Notes under the pieces: model-generated
Databases searched by the model: none
Told to the model about the DNA's origin: nothing
Seen by the model: the letters and a program-made list of their open reading frames with translations, nothing else
Origin: an uncultured virus (IMG/VR IMGVR_UViG_3300018475_000128)
Lineage: Duplodnaviria; Heunggongvirae; Uroviricota; Caudoviricetes
Length of the DNA: 20,000 nucleotides
Reading direction: 5' to 3' (one strand)
Virus record (IMG/VR): IMGVR_UViG_3300018475_000128
Shown: positions 9,109 to 16,979 of the stretch, one piece after another
Layout of the letters: the number at the start of each line of letters is the position of its first letter
Numbering within the stretch: position 1 is the first letter of the stretch
Program-made: the position numbers and the translations under genes

Positions 9109-9675
9109 TCAATCCTTTAGTGTTTCATTAACAAAAGAATAGGCTCCAGCCAACTCTTCTTGTGACAGATTCGAAATTTTTCTATTCATCGCCGATATGT
9201 AGGCTTTATTATTAGCGATTTTCATACGAGCCTTAGCTGCTTTTTTAGCGACCTTGTCAGACTTAACAGAATACTTCATTGCTTTCGCTCCGTACCCAGT
9301 TGTCTTCGAAATTCTATTAGCATCTACTTTGGCTTTAGCAGACTTGTATTTAGCCTTCTCAGCCCTATATTCCAACGTTGAACGCTTAAATTCGTTATCG
9401 CTATTTAAAGCTTTCTTACCAAGATTAGCAGCTCTCTTAGCATACTTGGCAGACTTCTTAGCAGCACGATTATATCTTCCAAGATCCTTACTAGCATGTA
9501 GCTTTTCAGATTTCTTGTTGAAGTTTGCAGACTTAGCATCTAAAGCAAGAGCCTTATTTCGAAGTCGCTCATTTGATGCTGCTTTATGCTGAGCTCTCCT
9601 AACGCCCCATTTCATACCGACTACACCATAGTGGTAAAGTTCTTCACCTGAAGTTAAATAGTATTTATTCTCCAT
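9109..9675 (-). CDS. ELxH-YGxxGMKWGVRR leader protein with a very basic helical body (188 aa)
   Basis: MENKYYLTSGEELYHYGVVGMKWGVRR, followed by a Lys/Ala/Arg-rich sequence. The start lies in the 19-bp repeat. Confidence 0.8.
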   Translation of the reverse strand: MENKYYLTSGEELYHYGVVGMKWGVRRAQHKAASNERLRNKALALDAKSANFNKKSEKLHASKDLGRYNRAAKKSAKYAKRAANLGKKALNSDNEFKRSTLEYRAEKAKYKSAKAKVDANRISKTTGYGAKAMKYSVKSDKVAKKAAKARMKIANNKAYISAMNRKISNLSQEELAGAYSFVNETLKD

Positions 9676-9688
9676 TTTGACTTTCACC
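9670..9688 (-). promoter_or_regulatory. 19-bp exact repeat, copy 2 of 3
   Basis: Plus strand reads ctccattttgactttcacc. Contains the ATG of 9109..9675. Confidence 0.85.
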
Positions 9689-9691
9689 ACC

Positions 9692-10186
9692 TTACGAATT
9701 CTTGTCGAGTACGGATCTCGTCATATAACGAAATCCTGATTCGGCAAGGGTGGTTACAGCACCTGCACCGATATAGGCAGTCGCAAACGCTGGATTAAAT
9801 GCAGCCAAAGTTAAAGCGGTATATGCATTACTACCGATACTAGCTGCACCAAATAATTGATTAGTAACAGCAAGACCTCTTTTGATAGTAATGTTAGGAA
9901 CTTCTTTTACAGCGGTATCGCTGATGCTTTTACCAAGTTTATCTCGTTCGCTATTACTTTTAGCATTTCTAAACTGGTCTTCAACATCGCTCATGTATTT
10001 CTTCTTACGAAGATTAACTTTGCGTATTGAATCCTTGTATTGCTGTTTTGTGATCTTTCCAGAACGATATTGTTCTTTTAGTTGATCAGCAGCAACATTT
10101 CGGCGATGGTTAGCGAGAATTCGAGTATCTCTTCTAACGCCCCATTTCATTCCTGGGACGCCATAGTGGTATAATTCATCATTCAC
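9692..10186 (-). CDS. ELxH-YGxxGMKWGVRR leader protein with a C-terminal hydrophobic segment (164 aa)
   Basis: Probable GTG start at 10186 after GAGGTGG, giving (M)NDELYHYGVPGMKWGVRR. The C-terminus has an uncharged Ala/Gly-rich stretch, GLAVTNQLFGAASIGSNAYTALTLAAFNPAFATAYIGAGAVTTLA. Confidence 0.8.
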   Translation of the reverse strand: MNDELYHYGVPGMKWGVRRDTRILANHRRNVAADQLKEQYRSGKITKQQYKDSIRKVNLRKKKYMSDVEDQFRNAKSNSERDKLGKSISDTAVKEVPNITIKRGLAVTNQLFGAASIGSNAYTALTLAAFNPAFATAYIGAGAVTTLAESGFRYMTRSVLDKNS

Positions 10187-10197
10187 TGTTAACCACC

Positions 10198-10461
10198 TCA
10201 TCTCTTATAAACCGATGTGGGTAGTTCTTTACCAGAATTATATTCATCCATAGAAATATAAAACGGTTTAAAATCTCTAACTTCACCGGTCTTTTTATTA
10301 ACACTTATCAAACCGTCCAGCATAGGAGATCGTCTATTAGACAGTGACAACATATCGGGTGCTAAATGAAAGACAAATACCGAATCATACTCGAATACTT
10401 TTCCTACCTTAACAGCAGGATTCTTAAATTTTAAAAGCGCATAAGCTTGTTTAGCAGTCAT
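10198..10461 (-). CDS. Small protein, candidate immunity protein (YrhB/Imm35-like or PepSY-like fold)
   Basis: 87 aa, starting 4 nt after the toxin-like gene. It has an N-terminal helix (MTAKQAYALL), beta strands (VFEYDSVFVF) and 'ISVNKKTGEV'. It is the only gene of the cluster without an ELxH leader. Confidence 0.5.
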   Translation of the reverse strand: MTAKQAYALLKFKNPAVKVGKVFEYDSVFVFHLAPDMLSLSNRRSPMLDGLISVNKKTGEVRDFKPFYISMDEYNSGKELPTSVYKR

Positions 10462-10465
10462 GTCA

Positions 10466-11644
10466 TCACCTCTCCTTTCTGTTTCTAACAGTTCTTAATA
10501 TTTCTTCAGTTGGTTCTAAATTGTCAACTCGGACATAGTCATAACTAGATATTAGCGCTGGTTCATATCCTTCCATATTAATTATGATACCTGTAGCCCC
10601 TTCTGTAATATCTACTATTTTGCCATTCTGACAATCTCGAATTACGACTTCACCATTTTCTACTTCCCACACAACATCGTGTCCTCCGCCGTTAGCCCAA
10701 ATCAAACCTAGGTGACCTCTTGCTCCGTCGCCATTACTTTCGAGAGACTTTATTAACAACTCTTTTTTACTAAGAACATCGTCACGAGATTTTATTGTGG
10801 CATAATGCGCATTTCTAACATCAACATTGGATACACTTTTAGCACCTTTGTACCAACTACAAATATCATCAATTGTATAAGCTTCTACAGTGCTTATGGG
10901 GTTGGCTTCCACATCATATCCACGTTTTCGTAAATCGTATGCAGCGGTGCAAAAAGAACAGTTCATGCTGTAATCGTATGTTTTATCGTTGAATTTGGGG
11001 TTTACTTTCTTTTGGTGTTCGTCGTTGCTTTGTTTGCTATCAATTTTCTTAAGTTCAGAAAACGATTTAGGAGTTGTTAGTTCAACTTGTAAAGCTGCCA
11101 AAGCAGGAGCTACTAAATTAAAAACAGCTTTACCAAAACTACCGAATAGTGTTTGCGCTACAAAATTTTTAGCATTAGATTTTGCAGTATCAGAAGGTGT
11201 GGCATTAATTTTTTTATCCAAAGACTTATCAACAGTATTCTTTCCTTTTATATATGCCTGATAAGCTTTTTCTGAATAGAAGTACCTATATGTATCTCCG
11301 ACTGGAACTTTAGCTATGTATTTAAATACTCGCTTTTTAACCGAATCTATAATGTTTTTGGTACCGCTAGTTACTTTACTAATGGTATTTTTAACAGGCT
11401 TATTTACATACTTAGACAAAGTTTTCTTACCAGAGCCAACTAATTTACTAGTCTTTTTACCGATACTATTCAGTGTCGATTTAACGTCTTTTTTAAGACT
11501 CTTATAATCGTAATAGTACTTCCATTTACCTTTGACTTTTTCTTTTTTAATATACTTCCAGTGCATCAATTCGTCGTCTACCGATTCATCAATAGAACTA
11601 TGATGTATTAAATCACTAAGTGGAGTATCTCCGGTGATTTTCAT
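10466..11644 (-). CDS. ELMHWKYIK leader protein with a C-terminal papain-fold (Tox-PL / glutamine-deamidase-like) domain
   Basis: 392 aa. The C-terminal domain has 'VNP...NCSFCTAAYDLRKRGYDVEA' (Cys), 'GARGHLGLIWANGGGHDVVWEVENGEV' (His) and 'IRDCQNG' (Asp), matching the Cys-His-Asp order of papain-fold toxin domains. AAGGAGGTG RBS. Confidence 0.72.
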   Translation of the reverse strand: MKITGDTPLSDLIHHSSIDESVDDELMHWKYIKKEKVKGKWKYYYDYKSLKKDVKSTLNSIGKKTSKLVGSGKKTLSKYVNKPVKNTISKVTSGTKNIIDSVKKRVFKYIAKVPVGDTYRYFYSEKAYQAYIKGKNTVDKSLDKKINATPSDTAKSNAKNFVAQTLFGSFGKAVFNLVAPALAALQVELTTPKSFSELKKIDSKQSNDEHQKKVNPKFNDKTYDYSMNCSFCTAAYDLRKRGYDVEANPISTVEAYTIDDICSWYKGAKSVSNVDVRNAHYATIKSRDDVLSKKELLIKSLESNGDGARGHLGLIWANGGGHDVVWEVENGEVVIRDCQNGKIVDITEGATGIIINMEGYEPALISSYDYVRVDNLEPTEEILRTVRNRKER

Positions 11645-11677
11645 TCACACACCTCCTTTTAGTTTAAAAAATAGAAT

Positions 11678-12211
11678 TTAATATAATCCTCTATAACCCG
11701 CAAGCTTTCTAGCTTCGGAATCGTTATTTATACTTTCTTCAATACCAACTCTTCTGTTAGTTTTGAAGATATCGCTGTCGACAAACATTTCACCGGCAGA
11801 CTCTCCTATTACAGTTCCGACAATTTTTCGTCCAAGACCTGCAATAAAAGTCTTACCTTTAGCCTTTTTGAGAGCGCTACGTTCGTCCATCATATCCTGA
11901 TAAGACATTGACATGACTTTACTACTCTCCAAATATTCCATACCGCTAGCTTTAAACAAACGATACTGGGCTTTCGCAAATCTATTGCTTGTAAACAGAC
12001 CACCTTTAGTCATAGCTTTTTTTTCTAGTCTATTGCGATTTGCTAGAAGTTTATCGACTTGGTATTTTTCAACTATTTTATCGAGTTCTTTTGATTTGTA
12101 TTTATCAAGTCGTTTTTGACCGGCTTCAGTCAAACTGCCGTCGGCATTCTGGTAGCGACGAACACCCCATCGCATACCCTTCGTACCATAATGATAGAGT
12201 TCACGCTCCAT
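11678..12211 (-). CDS. ELxH-YGxxGMRWGVRRYQNxDGSLT leader protein (177 aa)
   Basis: MERELYHYGTKGMRWGVRRYQNADGSLTEAGQKR, followed by a basic body of unknown function. The start lies in the 19-bp repeat. Confidence 0.8.
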   Translation of the reverse strand: MERELYHYGTKGMRWGVRRYQNADGSLTEAGQKRLDKYKSKELDKIVEKYQVDKLLANRNRLEKKAMTKGGLFTSNRFAKAQYRLFKASGMEYLESSKVMSMSYQDMMDERSALKKAKGKTFIAGLGRKIVGTVIGESAGEMFVDSDIFKTNRRVGIEESINNDSEARKLAGYRGLY

Positions 12212-12224
12212 TTTGACTTTCACC
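12206..12224 (-). promoter_or_regulatory. 19-bp exact repeat, copy 3 of 3
   Basis: Plus strand reads ctccattttgactttcacc. Contains the ATG of 11678..12211. Confidence 0.85.
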
Positions 12225-12724
12225 TACTTTTTCTTACTAAACATCTTAGATAACGATTTGGTTATGGCTTTAGTACCTTTATCGATCTTAGATTTTGCTG
12301 CCCGAAGCTTATAAAGAGGTGTTGCTTCATATTTCTTAACAGCATCTTTGTATTTCTTCTCAGAATTTTTAAATTTAGTAGACATGCGTTGTTCCCATTT
12401 TTTATTACTTTTATACTCGTCAATATATTCGTAGTGTTTTTCATTTCCTGTCTTTAAGGCATTCATGACTTTCTTTCTAGAATAACTTGAGTCTTTGACA
12501 GCGTCGTCGTATTTTTTCTTTCTATCGTCCATGTTACTTTTGGCTTTTTTCATTTCGGCTTCAGCATACTGACCGTAGTCATAGTAGTAACGCCATTTGC
12601 CATTGGGGAGTTTTTCTCTCTTGATATACTTCCAGTGCATCAATTCGCCTTCATCAAGATCTATGTAGCGGATGTCTCCACCATGCATAAGCACATCAAC
12701 AGGTGTGTTCATATCTATTCTCAT
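12224..12724 (-). CDS. ELMHWKYIK leader protein with a Lys-rich coiled-coil body (166 aa)
   Basis: Probable ATG at 12724 after AGGGGTGA, giving MRIDMNTPVDVLMHGG...GELMHWKYIKREKLPNGKWRYYYDY. The N-terminus is paralogous to that of 10466..11644. Confidence 0.8.
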   Translation of the reverse strand: MRIDMNTPVDVLMHGGDIRYIDLDEGELMHWKYIKREKLPNGKWRYYYDYGQYAEAEMKKAKSNMDDRKKKYDDAVKDSSYSRKKVMNALKTGNEKHYEYIDEYKSNKKWEQRMSTKFKNSEKKYKDAVKKYEATPLYKLRAAKSKIDKGTKAITKSLSKMFSKKK

Positions 12725-12740
12725 TTCGCTTTTCACCCCT

Positions 12741-14486
12741 TTATTCAAAAGCTTCTTTGTTTACCTTCCAAGCAACGAAGGCATCAAGTAATGCAGCTAC
12801 AGGGTCAATTTTTGCCTCGTAGCGTTTCTTTAATAATTTGCGGTTACCGTTAGTATCTTCAAGAGTAATACAGTTACCCATGGCATAAGACATAAGCTCC
12901 TCATCAAACAGAAGCATTCTTTGCTCAGACAAGTTCTTTAACTCACCTAGCGGTACAGATTCTGTCTTAGCTCCCTGAATAACTTTCTCAATACCAAACG
13001 GTCCGTTTTCACGTTCCCAACGCTCAACAAATTCGCGAGCATTATATGGGTCGAAGCCGAAGCATCGAACATCATAATTACACTCAATAATGTGATTGTC
13101 GAGATCGTCATAAACTTCCATCATATCCAAGATGGTTCCTTCTAGAACTATTAAACTACCTTCTTTCATAAACTCGTCATACTTGGCGCGCATAGCCGAA
13201 GGAAGTTTCATAATTGTAGTAGAGGAGATGTAGTTTCGGGTTTTAATACCGAAAGTACCATCTCGAAGTGGGAATAAGAATGTAAATGAGCAGAAGTCAT
13301 TTCCTTGCGATAAGTCTGCACCTAACGAACAAGGAAGTTTCCAATAATCTCTCTTCCTATGCGGAAGTGTTTCTTCATAAGTGAAGTAATATGTATAACC
13401 TTCCATCGGAATGCCGAAACGTTTTGCGAGAATATCATTACGTGCAGAAGGATTATGTTCTGCTTTTTCAACATCCTGATGGTAAACATCATACTGTACA
13501 GTTTGACCTAGATTAGGATTGGCTTTAAGCCACATTCTAGGATCTTTAACCTCGTCAACCGAATCAAGCTTATACCACCAGATAGAAACACGAGGGTTCT
13601 GATACTCGCCTTTTAGTATCTTAGACAACTCCATTTTGATTGAGTCGCCAGGACCATTACGAACTGTACCCTCTGAACTGATTGCAACTATTAAATAGTC
13701 GTCATTCTTGGATGCGCCCTGTTCGGCAGCACCGATAACATCTTCTCTGATATCACCGGATAACCATTCGTCAATGGTCCAAATTCTAGCTCTGGAACCC
13801 TGAATCTTATCAATACTCATAGGTTTGATTTCCAGTATAGAACCAGTTAAGAAGTTTTCAATACCTTTCTTTGTGGAAGCGAGCTTCACTCGGTTGGCTT
13901 TTGAGCCAGTGGTGTTCTGTAAAGAACCTTCAGTAAGGAATTTAAACAGAGGACCTCTAGCTCGAGTAATTGAGGTTTGAATCGGAGAGAGTACTTCGAG
14001 AGCTTGTCTCATGGTAGGTGCTGTTGTAACCTGCTCGGTTGTTGACGTGTCAACATTCAGGAAGAAGCTATGTAGGCATGAGCCATACATGGATTTTGCA
14101 GCACCACGAGCTACTATCAGATACTGTTTCTGGGTCAAACGCCGTTTAATACGTTTATTAACATAGCGACCGCCACGTCCATCTTTAGAAGGTACATATA
14201 CACTTCGCTCTTCGAAGAAGTACCATCCAAAAATTTGTTCTGCCCATAGTTTGAATGAGTCTAATAGATAAAGATCGTCTCCATCAGTTAGTGTCAATTC
14301 ACTCTCGCAGTATTCGATGAAACCATTAATTGCCTGATCGTCGTAATAGATACCAGGATTAGCAATAAGTTCATCGATTCGGTTCATTTCCATTGAGATT
14401 TCTTTATTTACAGGAATTTCTCCTCGAATGACTTTATCTCGAAATTCACCGTAATATTTAGGAGTAGCGGTATTAGATAAGGCCAT
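12741..14486 (-). CDS. terL: Terminase large subunit
   Basis: 581 aa with Walker A 'VARGAAKS', Walker B 'IWTIDEW', 'WLKANPNLG', and nuclease motifs 'GADLSQGND' and 'KIDPVAALLDA'. Confidence 0.95.
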   Translation of the reverse strand: MALSNTATPKYYGEFRDKVIRGEIPVNKEISMEMNRIDELIANPGIYYDDQAINGFIEYCESELTLTDGDDLYLLDSFKLWAEQIFGWYFFEERSVYVPSKDGRGGRYVNKRIKRRLTQKQYLIVARGAAKSMYGSCLHSFFLNVDTSTTEQVTTAPTMRQALEVLSPIQTSITRARGPLFKFLTEGSLQNTTGSKANRVKLASTKKGIENFLTGSILEIKPMSIDKIQGSRARIWTIDEWLSGDIREDVIGAAEQGASKNDDYLIVAISSEGTVRNGPGDSIKMELSKILKGEYQNPRVSIWWYKLDSVDEVKDPRMWLKANPNLGQTVQYDVYHQDVEKAEHNPSARNDILAKRFGIPMEGYTYYFTYEETLPHRKRDYWKLPCSLGADLSQGNDFCSFTFLFPLRDGTFGIKTRNYISSTTIMKLPSAMRAKYDEFMKEGSLIVLEGTILDMMEVYDDLDNHIIECNYDVRCFGFDPYNAREFVERWERENGPFGIEKVIQGAKTESVPLGELKNLSEQRMLLFDEELMSYAMGNCITLEDTNGNRKLLKKRYEAKIDPVAALLDAFVAWKVNKEAFE

Positions 14487-14509
14487 TAGTCATCGCCCTC
14501 CTCGACAAT

Positions 14510-15514
14510 TTATGATTGTTTGTAATAGCGATCATAGTATAGGTTCCAAGCATCGTTATCCATTTTGTCCAACATCTTGTCTACCTTTTTCTCATAAGCC
14601 TTGGTACCATAGACAACGGTGTCCTTATCTGCTTTTTCAGCTGCTTTCTCGGCGGCTTTAGCTGCTTTTTCAACTTCTTTAATAATCGCCCTCTCAGCAG
14701 CTTTAGCTTCTCTTTCAGCAGCTTTAACTGCTCTTTCCTTTGCTTCGGCTGCTTTTTTAGCTACTTTTTCAGCTGCGTCAGCTTCTGCTTTCTTAGCTGC
14801 TGCTTTCTCAGCGGCTTCTCTTTCGGAAGCTTCCTGTTTCTTTCTAGTTCTTTCATTAGTTTCCCATTGCTGCTTCTTGAGTCTCTCTTCCCAAGTTAGA
14901 TTACTATCATCGCTTTTACCCTTCTTAAGATTATCGATCTTCTTCTCCCAATCCAACTTCTTGTATTCGTTTTCGAGTTCCTTAAGAGGATCGGTGTTAT
15001 TGAGACCGAGCTTATCTTTAAGAGTATTTTCAAGCCAGGATTTACCAACATTCTTTGCGGCGGGAGCCACTACATCATTCATGAGAGAACTTACAAAACG
15101 CTGCCCGGCAGATACCTTTGGCGGATTAGCATTCGCAAGATTTTTCTGAGCGTTATAATAATTAGCCTCTGCTTGTAGACGACTAGTACGTTCCCAAAGT
15201 TCTTCGTTGGTCATTTCACTAACTGTCTTCTTATGAACAGGTTTAGAAGGTGTTCTTTTACCATTCAACTCGTTTTCCCATTCTTCAAGTTCTCTACGTT
15301 TAGCATTCAACCTATCAAACTTATCTTTCGCAGATTGACGTTTCTTGAGACTTCGCTCTTTCTCTTTTAGAGATTGCATTTCGTCAGAATAACGCTTCTT
15401 ACCAGCATCGGTTAAACTACCGTCGGAATTCTGATAGCGTCTTACTCCCCATCGCATACCTTTTATACCCCAGTGGGTTAATTCGTCGTTTGTATTGTGG
15501 GTTTTATACTCCAT
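14510..15514 (-). CDS. ELxH-WGxxGMRWGVRRYQNxDGSLT leader protein with long helical, EAAEKAAAKK-rich body (334 aa)
   Basis: NDELTHWGIKGMRWGVRRYQNSDGSLTDAGKKRY, then 'VSEMTNEEL..RTSRLQAE' and an A/E/K low-complexity helix. GAGGAGG RBS. Confidence 0.82.
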   Translation of the reverse strand: MEYKTHNTNDELTHWGIKGMRWGVRRYQNSDGSLTDAGKKRYSDEMQSLKEKERSLKKRQSAKDKFDRLNAKRRELEEWENELNGKRTPSKPVHKKTVSEMTNEELWERTSRLQAEANYYNAQKNLANANPPKVSAGQRFVSSLMNDVVAPAAKNVGKSWLENTLKDKLGLNNTDPLKELENEYKKLDWEKKIDNLKKGKSDDSNLTWEERLKKQQWETNERTRKKQEASEREAAEKAAAKKAEADAAEKVAKKAAEAKERAVKAAEREAKAAERAIIKEVEKAAKAAEKAAEKADKDTVVYGTKAYEKKVDKMLDKMDNDAWNLYYDRYYKQS

Positions 15515-15533
15515 TTTGATTTTCCTCCTCTCA

Positions 15534-16613
15534 TTAGATGTAGTGAATAGATGCGAGTTTTTTCTGATCCCACTCGAAGATCATGAAGCGACGATGCGCA
15601 CCCACGAAATCTTCTTTATCGGACCAACCATCAACTTTGCCTCCGGATGATAGTCTTCTGACCATCACGCCATAAATGTCAGCCTCTGCTTCATGATGAA
15701 GATGTCCAGCATGGACTTCTCTAATATCAGCATTAGCAAACTCGTTGGCAAATGAGATGGGGAAAATATGTGCTAAATTCTTAGCTGTAGCCTGTCTAGA
15801 ATCGCCGTGTGTTATCATGATGGCATTTCTACCATAAGTAACTACTTTACGATATTCTAAAGTATCGTCAACTACTGAATCACCGTATCTCTCAAGGAGA
15901 ACTTGACAGAACATCCATGCGGTACTTCTATCATGGTTACCAGCAGAATACAGAACTTTAACGTCATTAGCACACTGAATAGCCGTGTCTATTAAAGAGT
16001 ACATAAACTGTTTACCCTCTTTAACTGCACGGATCATATCTACTTTTTCAATAGTAGTACCCTTAGTGGTCTGACCATTAATGATACTATCATTGTGAAA
16101 GAAATCCTGTCCGAAAGGAATTACAATCTTGTCCCACTTTCGACTAGTGATGAGATCTAAAATCTCGTTAAGCACCGGCTCATAGTGATCCATAAAGGCC
16201 ACACCCCAGTGCATATCAAAAAGAGGAATCTCTAGCATTCGAGTAGCGTCATTGAAGTCTTTTGGTGTGTACACAAAAGGCTCTACGCTTTCACGAATAG
16301 CTGCTATAAATTCCTCAGGGTTTATATCACTAGCTTTTTGTTTAATCCAAGCTTGTACGATTTCTCCGGACTTAGATACTTGAACAGTTGCATCGTGAGC
16401 GATAAAGCCTTCATAGGTGCCACACTCGAGAGTGAGATCATCTAAGTCTTGCTTGTCTGCCCACTTATACATCGAACTACGAAAAGAGTTATAACTCATC
16501 GGTTCGACAACATTTTGTGTAAAGTATTCGTCATAAATATTTCTATAGGACATACCTTCAGATCGCATTTTTAGACATGTTTTCTTTACGTGAATAGGGA
16601 TAACTTTTTGCAT
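15534..16613 (-). CDS. Calcineurin-like metallophosphoesterase with a probable N-terminal HTH
   Basis: All five metal-binding motifs are present: 'FDMHWG', 'GQDFFH', 'AGNHD', 'THGD' and 'GHLHH'. The N-terminal 'GMSYRNIY...SYNSFRSSMYKW' is HTH-like. Probable start is ATG 16613 after AAGGGGTGA. Confidence 0.82.
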   Translation of the reverse strand: MQKVIPIHVKKTCLKMRSEGMSYRNIYDEYFTQNVVEPMSYNSFRSSMYKWADKQDLDDLTLECGTYEGFIAHDATVQVSKSGEIVQAWIKQKASDINPEEFIAAIRESVEPFVYTPKDFNDATRMLEIPLFDMHWGVAFMDHYEPVLNEILDLITSRKWDKIVIPFGQDFFHNDSIINGQTTKGTTIEKVDMIRAVKEGKQFMYSLIDTAIQCANDVKVLYSAGNHDRSTAWMFCQVLLERYGDSVVDDTLEYRKVVTYGRNAIMITHGDSRQATAKNLAHIFPISFANEFANADIREVHAGHLHHEAEADIYGVMVRRLSSGGKVDGWSDKEDFVGAHRRFMIFEWDQKKLASIHYI

Positions 16614-16628
16614 AAGTATCACCCCTTT

Positions 16629-16967
16629 TTAGTTATTTTCTGCTATTACATTAAGACGCCATTCGAGCTCCTGGATCTGTCGCTCATAAGCAGCTAATGT
16701 AGAAGCACCTAATGAGGATGGATCAAATAACAACCGTACTTTTAAGTATATGTATGTTTTAACTGACTGAAGTTGGTTAGATTCTGGAATGAAATCTTTC
16801 CATTCAGCAGAGTCATCCTCTATGTAGAATCCCTCAGAAGGACCGACACCGAGCTGCGTCAGAGTCGTGAACACAGAATTAATATGTATAATAATATCTT
16901 CATCGAATTGTGTGTATTCCTCAGCGATTCCAAGCATTTTTTTTATCGATGTCAGTATGCTTTCCAT
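16629..16967 (-). CDS. Head-tail connector protein (gp6/gp15-like)
   Basis: 112 aa, helical: 'SILTSIKKMLGI...FDEDIIIHINSVF..LTQLGVGP...VKTYIYLKVRLLFDP...ELEWRL'. Confidence 0.75.
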   Translation of the reverse strand: MESILTSIKKMLGIAEEYTQFDEDIIIHINSVFTTLTQLGVGPSEGFYIEDDSAEWKDFIPESNQLQSVKTYIYLKVRLLFDPSSLGASTLAAYERQIQELEWRLNVIAENN

Positions 16968-16979
16968 AGCGATTCTCCT

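Noticed and set aside
9096..12223. Apparent shared 'MKVKME' N-terminal peptide in three track ORFs
   Set aside because: It is an artefact of calling the GTG inside the RBS (GGTGA) of the 19-bp repeat as the start. The real starts are probably the ATGs at 9095, 9675 and 12211.
9090..12224. 19-bp repeats as a CRISPR array or integron attC-type sites
   Set aside because: They are spaced by whole genes (0.6-2.5 kb), are non-palindromic, and no cas or integrase gene is in the window.
14640..14830. EAAEKAAAKK region as a TolA homologue
   Set aside because: It is low-complexity helical similarity only, with no TM anchor or TolA C-terminal domain.
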